The notes under the pieces are model-generated. The model did not search any database. It had not been told where the DNA came from and saw only the letters and a list, made by a program, of their open reading frames with translations. A DNA stretch of 64,000 nucleotides from an uncultured Actinomycetes bacterium (lineage in GTDB: Bacteria > Actinomycetota > Acidimicrobiia > IMCC26256 > PALSA-610), in assembly GCA_963729375.1 (NCBI GenBank), contig CAVSNP010000003.1, forward strand, positions 25,525-89,524. Reading direction: 5' to 3'. How positions within the stretch are numbered: the stretch's first letter is position 1; each line of letters starts with the position of its first letter. Shown here piece by piece: positions 61,914 through 64,000 of this stretch. The translations under genes and the position numbers were made by a program.

Positions 61914-62888
61914 TCAGGGAATGAGCACGGCCTTGCCCACGACCTTGCGGTGTTGCTGGTCCGCGAGGGCGCGAGCGGCGTCGTCGAAGGGGTAGCTCAC
62001 GGGCTCGACCGGGTCGAGCTCGCCCGCGGCGATCATTGCGACCACCTCCGCCACCATCTCTTGGTTCGCGGCAGCGTTCCGCGCGACCCAGCCGCCCCAG
62101 TCGACCCCGGTCACGCGCCGGTTGCGTAGCAGCACGTGGTTCGCCGGCAGCCGCGGGATGTCACCGGACGCGAAGCCGATCACGATGAACTGCCCGTCGT
62201 CGCGCAGCGCACGCAGGCACTCCTCGCCCAACGTGCCGCCCACCGGGTCGTAGACGGCGTCGACTCCGTCGCCACCGCTCAGCTCGCGGGCGCGCGTCTT
62301 GACATCTTCGGTGGACGAGTCGATTACGGCTGCCGCCCCGCGGCTCATCGCTACGCGGCGTTTGTCGGCCGACGACGCAGCCGCGAGCACCCGCAGCCCT
62401 CGCGCGCGCCCGACATCGACCGCAGCGAGACCCACGCCGCCGCCCGCGCCCAGCACCAACAGGGACTGGCCGCGCTCCAACTTCGCCCGGCGGGCCAGCG
62501 CAAAAAACGCCGTCATGTAGCTCTGCATGAACGTGGCGGCCTGACCGTCGGTGAGCGACGGTGGCACGATCCACACGCGGTCGGCGGCCGCGATCATCTC
62601 GGTGGCGAAGCCGCCGGCGCCACTAGCGACCAGCACACGATCGCCGACGGCCGGAGCGACGACGCCGGCTGCAGCCTCGATCACGATGCCCACGCTTTCG
62701 CCGCCTGCCACGAAGGGAAGCGGTGGCTTGATCTGGTACAGACCCTGCACAAGCAGCGCGTCGACGAAGTTCACGCCGGCTGCAGTGACGCGCACGCGCA
62801 CATGACCCGGGGGAAGGCCGTCGGACGGGCGCTCCTCGATCACCAGGTCTCCCAGGGGTCCGAACGATCGACAAACGACGGCGCGCAT
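61914..62888 (-). CDS. NADPH:quinone oxidoreductase / zinc-independent MDR family
   Basis: VRVRVTAAGVNFVDALLVQGLYQ, PFVAGGESVGIV, LVLGAGGGVGLAAVDV. 324 aa, intact. Confidence 0.9.
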   Translation of the reverse strand: MRAVVCRSFGPLGDLVIEERPSDGLPPGHVRVRVTAAGVNFVDALLVQGLYQIKPPLPFVAGGESVGIVIEAAAGVVAPAVGDRVLVASGAGGFATEMIAAADRVWIVPPSLTDGQAATFMQSYMTAFFALARRAKLERGQSLLVLGAGGGVGLAAVDVGRARGLRVLAAASSADKRRVAMSRGAAAVIDSSTEDVKTRARELSGGDGVDAVYDPVGGTLGEECLRALRDDGQFIVIGFASGDIPRLPANHVLLRNRRVTGVDWGGWVARNAAANQEMVAEVVAMIAAGELDPVEPVSYPFDDAARALADQQHRKVVGKAVLIP

Positions 62889-63047
62889 CTATCCGACCGT
62901 ACGCGCCGAAAGGGCACCGGCGCGAATCGGTAAGCCGCTGATCGACGCGAAGTTCACCACGTTGCGGACGGTGTCGATCGCTGGACCCGCTCGGTCAGTT
63001 GACCGCCCTCACTGGCAGATCGGTGTGCGCGCGCATCTGTCACACGA

Positions 63048-63793
63048 CTACGGCTTCTGCGCGACGGCGATCAGCCGCGTACCGTCCAGTGAAGTGCTGT
63101 CGACGTCGAAGTCGCCATAGAAGCGCAGGAACCGAAAGCCGTTGGTCTCGAGGAAATAGCTCAGTTCCTGCGGGAAGAAGAGACGGAACTCGGTGACGTC
63201 GCTTTGGACAAGCTTTCGGTCGTCGATCGTGAACACCGACTGCGTCGCGATCTGGACTGCCTGGCCTCATCGATGCCGTGCGCGGTCACGTAGCGCAGGT
63301 TGAACGGTTCCCAAACCGCCTCGATCGCCTCAAGGTACCCCCGCGTCTGGATCAAACGGATGGGGTTGAAGACGTCAATGACGACAAGCCCTCCGGACCG
63401 TAGCGCGCGGTGAAAACAGCGCAGCGCGGTGACGATGTCTTCGTTCGTCGTGTTGTAGGAGAACGTCGTGCAAACGCACACCACCGCGTCGAACTCGTTA
63501 TCGAAGGGCAGCGCGCGCATGTCGGCGGCGTCGAACCGCAGATGCGGACGTGCGGTGCGCGCATAGTCGAGCATCCGCTCGTTCAGATCGACGCCAGTCC
63601 CAGTGAACCCGAGCCGTGACAGGCGGTCGAGGTGGCCCGCTGTACCGCAGCCCACGTCCAGAACGCGTTCGACGGAGCCATAGCGCCCGAACACTTGGGC
63701 AAGGAACGGTGGCTCGCGATCGAACCTTGACTGGTTGTTCTGCTCCCAGATTTCGGGATGGTCAAAGAGGTACTTGTCCACCGGTCTCTGCAT
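63048..63793 (-). CDS. class I SAM-dependent methyltransferase, one frame disruption (~63260)
   Basis: VLDVGCGTAGHL (motif I), FDAVVCVCTTFSY, LRSGGLVVIDV. The C-terminus FTIDDRKLVQSDVTEFRLFFPQEL... lies in the 63048-63236 frame. Confidence 0.8.
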
Positions 63794-64000
63794 GGTGACC
63801 ACAAAGTAGGGCAGAGGGCGAGCGGTCGGGCCTCCCCGAAAGGCGACGGAGCGACGCGTCGACGAGCACCGATTGCCCTGATGGAGCGCGTGACACCACA
63901 AGCCAGAACCGCACCGAACGCCGTCGGCCCGTCGGCAGCCAACCTCGTCCGTATCCGCGACCCCGCTTATTTTCCGAAGAGTCTCCAGCCGCAATACCGC

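Overview
High-GC, Actinomycetota-like chromosomal segment rich in accessory DNA. Housekeeping and metabolic genes are interleaved with at least five kinds of mobile DNA. These genes include oxidoreductases, a CDF metal exporter, a GH78 rhamnosidase, a GH63-like hydrolase with its solute-binding protein, an ABC-2 exporter, an APH kinase, OsmC, GNAT, a quinone oxidoreductase and a methyltransferase. (1) An IS110-family element is nested in the 3' end of an IS1380-family transposase gene (1.86-4.34 kb), with a second IS110 relic at 19.4 kb. (2) An IS5-family element has 23/26 inverted repeats and a CTAG target duplication (35821-39677). (3) That IS carries a group II intron 2 nt inside its right terminus (37587-39675). 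(4) A ~10.1 kb element is integrated in tRNA-Gly(UCC), bounded by a 46-bp direct repeat (45463-55603). It carries a tyrosine integrase, excisionase, P4-type primase/helicase, serine recombinase, an XRE regulator, a small-terminase-like gene and a pentapeptide-repeat cargo gene. (5) An older integrase relic abuts the same att repeat. The most unusual non-mobile features are three. First, a leader-plus-Gly-rich-core small ORF is translationally coupled to a DUF455-type di-iron protein (58480-60221), a candidate RiPP-like pair. Second, a ~116-nt hairpin+core module occurs three times in ORF-poor DNA (10.4, 10.8 and 31.4 kb). Third, there is a split, permuted PEP-utilising/ATP-grasp pair fused to a cNMP-binding domain (16.1-19.0 kb). 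Important caveat: by eye, more than 40 single-base frame disruptions interrupt otherwise well-conserved genes, densest at 11.8-19 kb. Many CDS coordinates below therefore span frameshifts, and I cannot tell assembly indels from real pseudogenes. All family calls are from motif recognition by eye; no searches were run.
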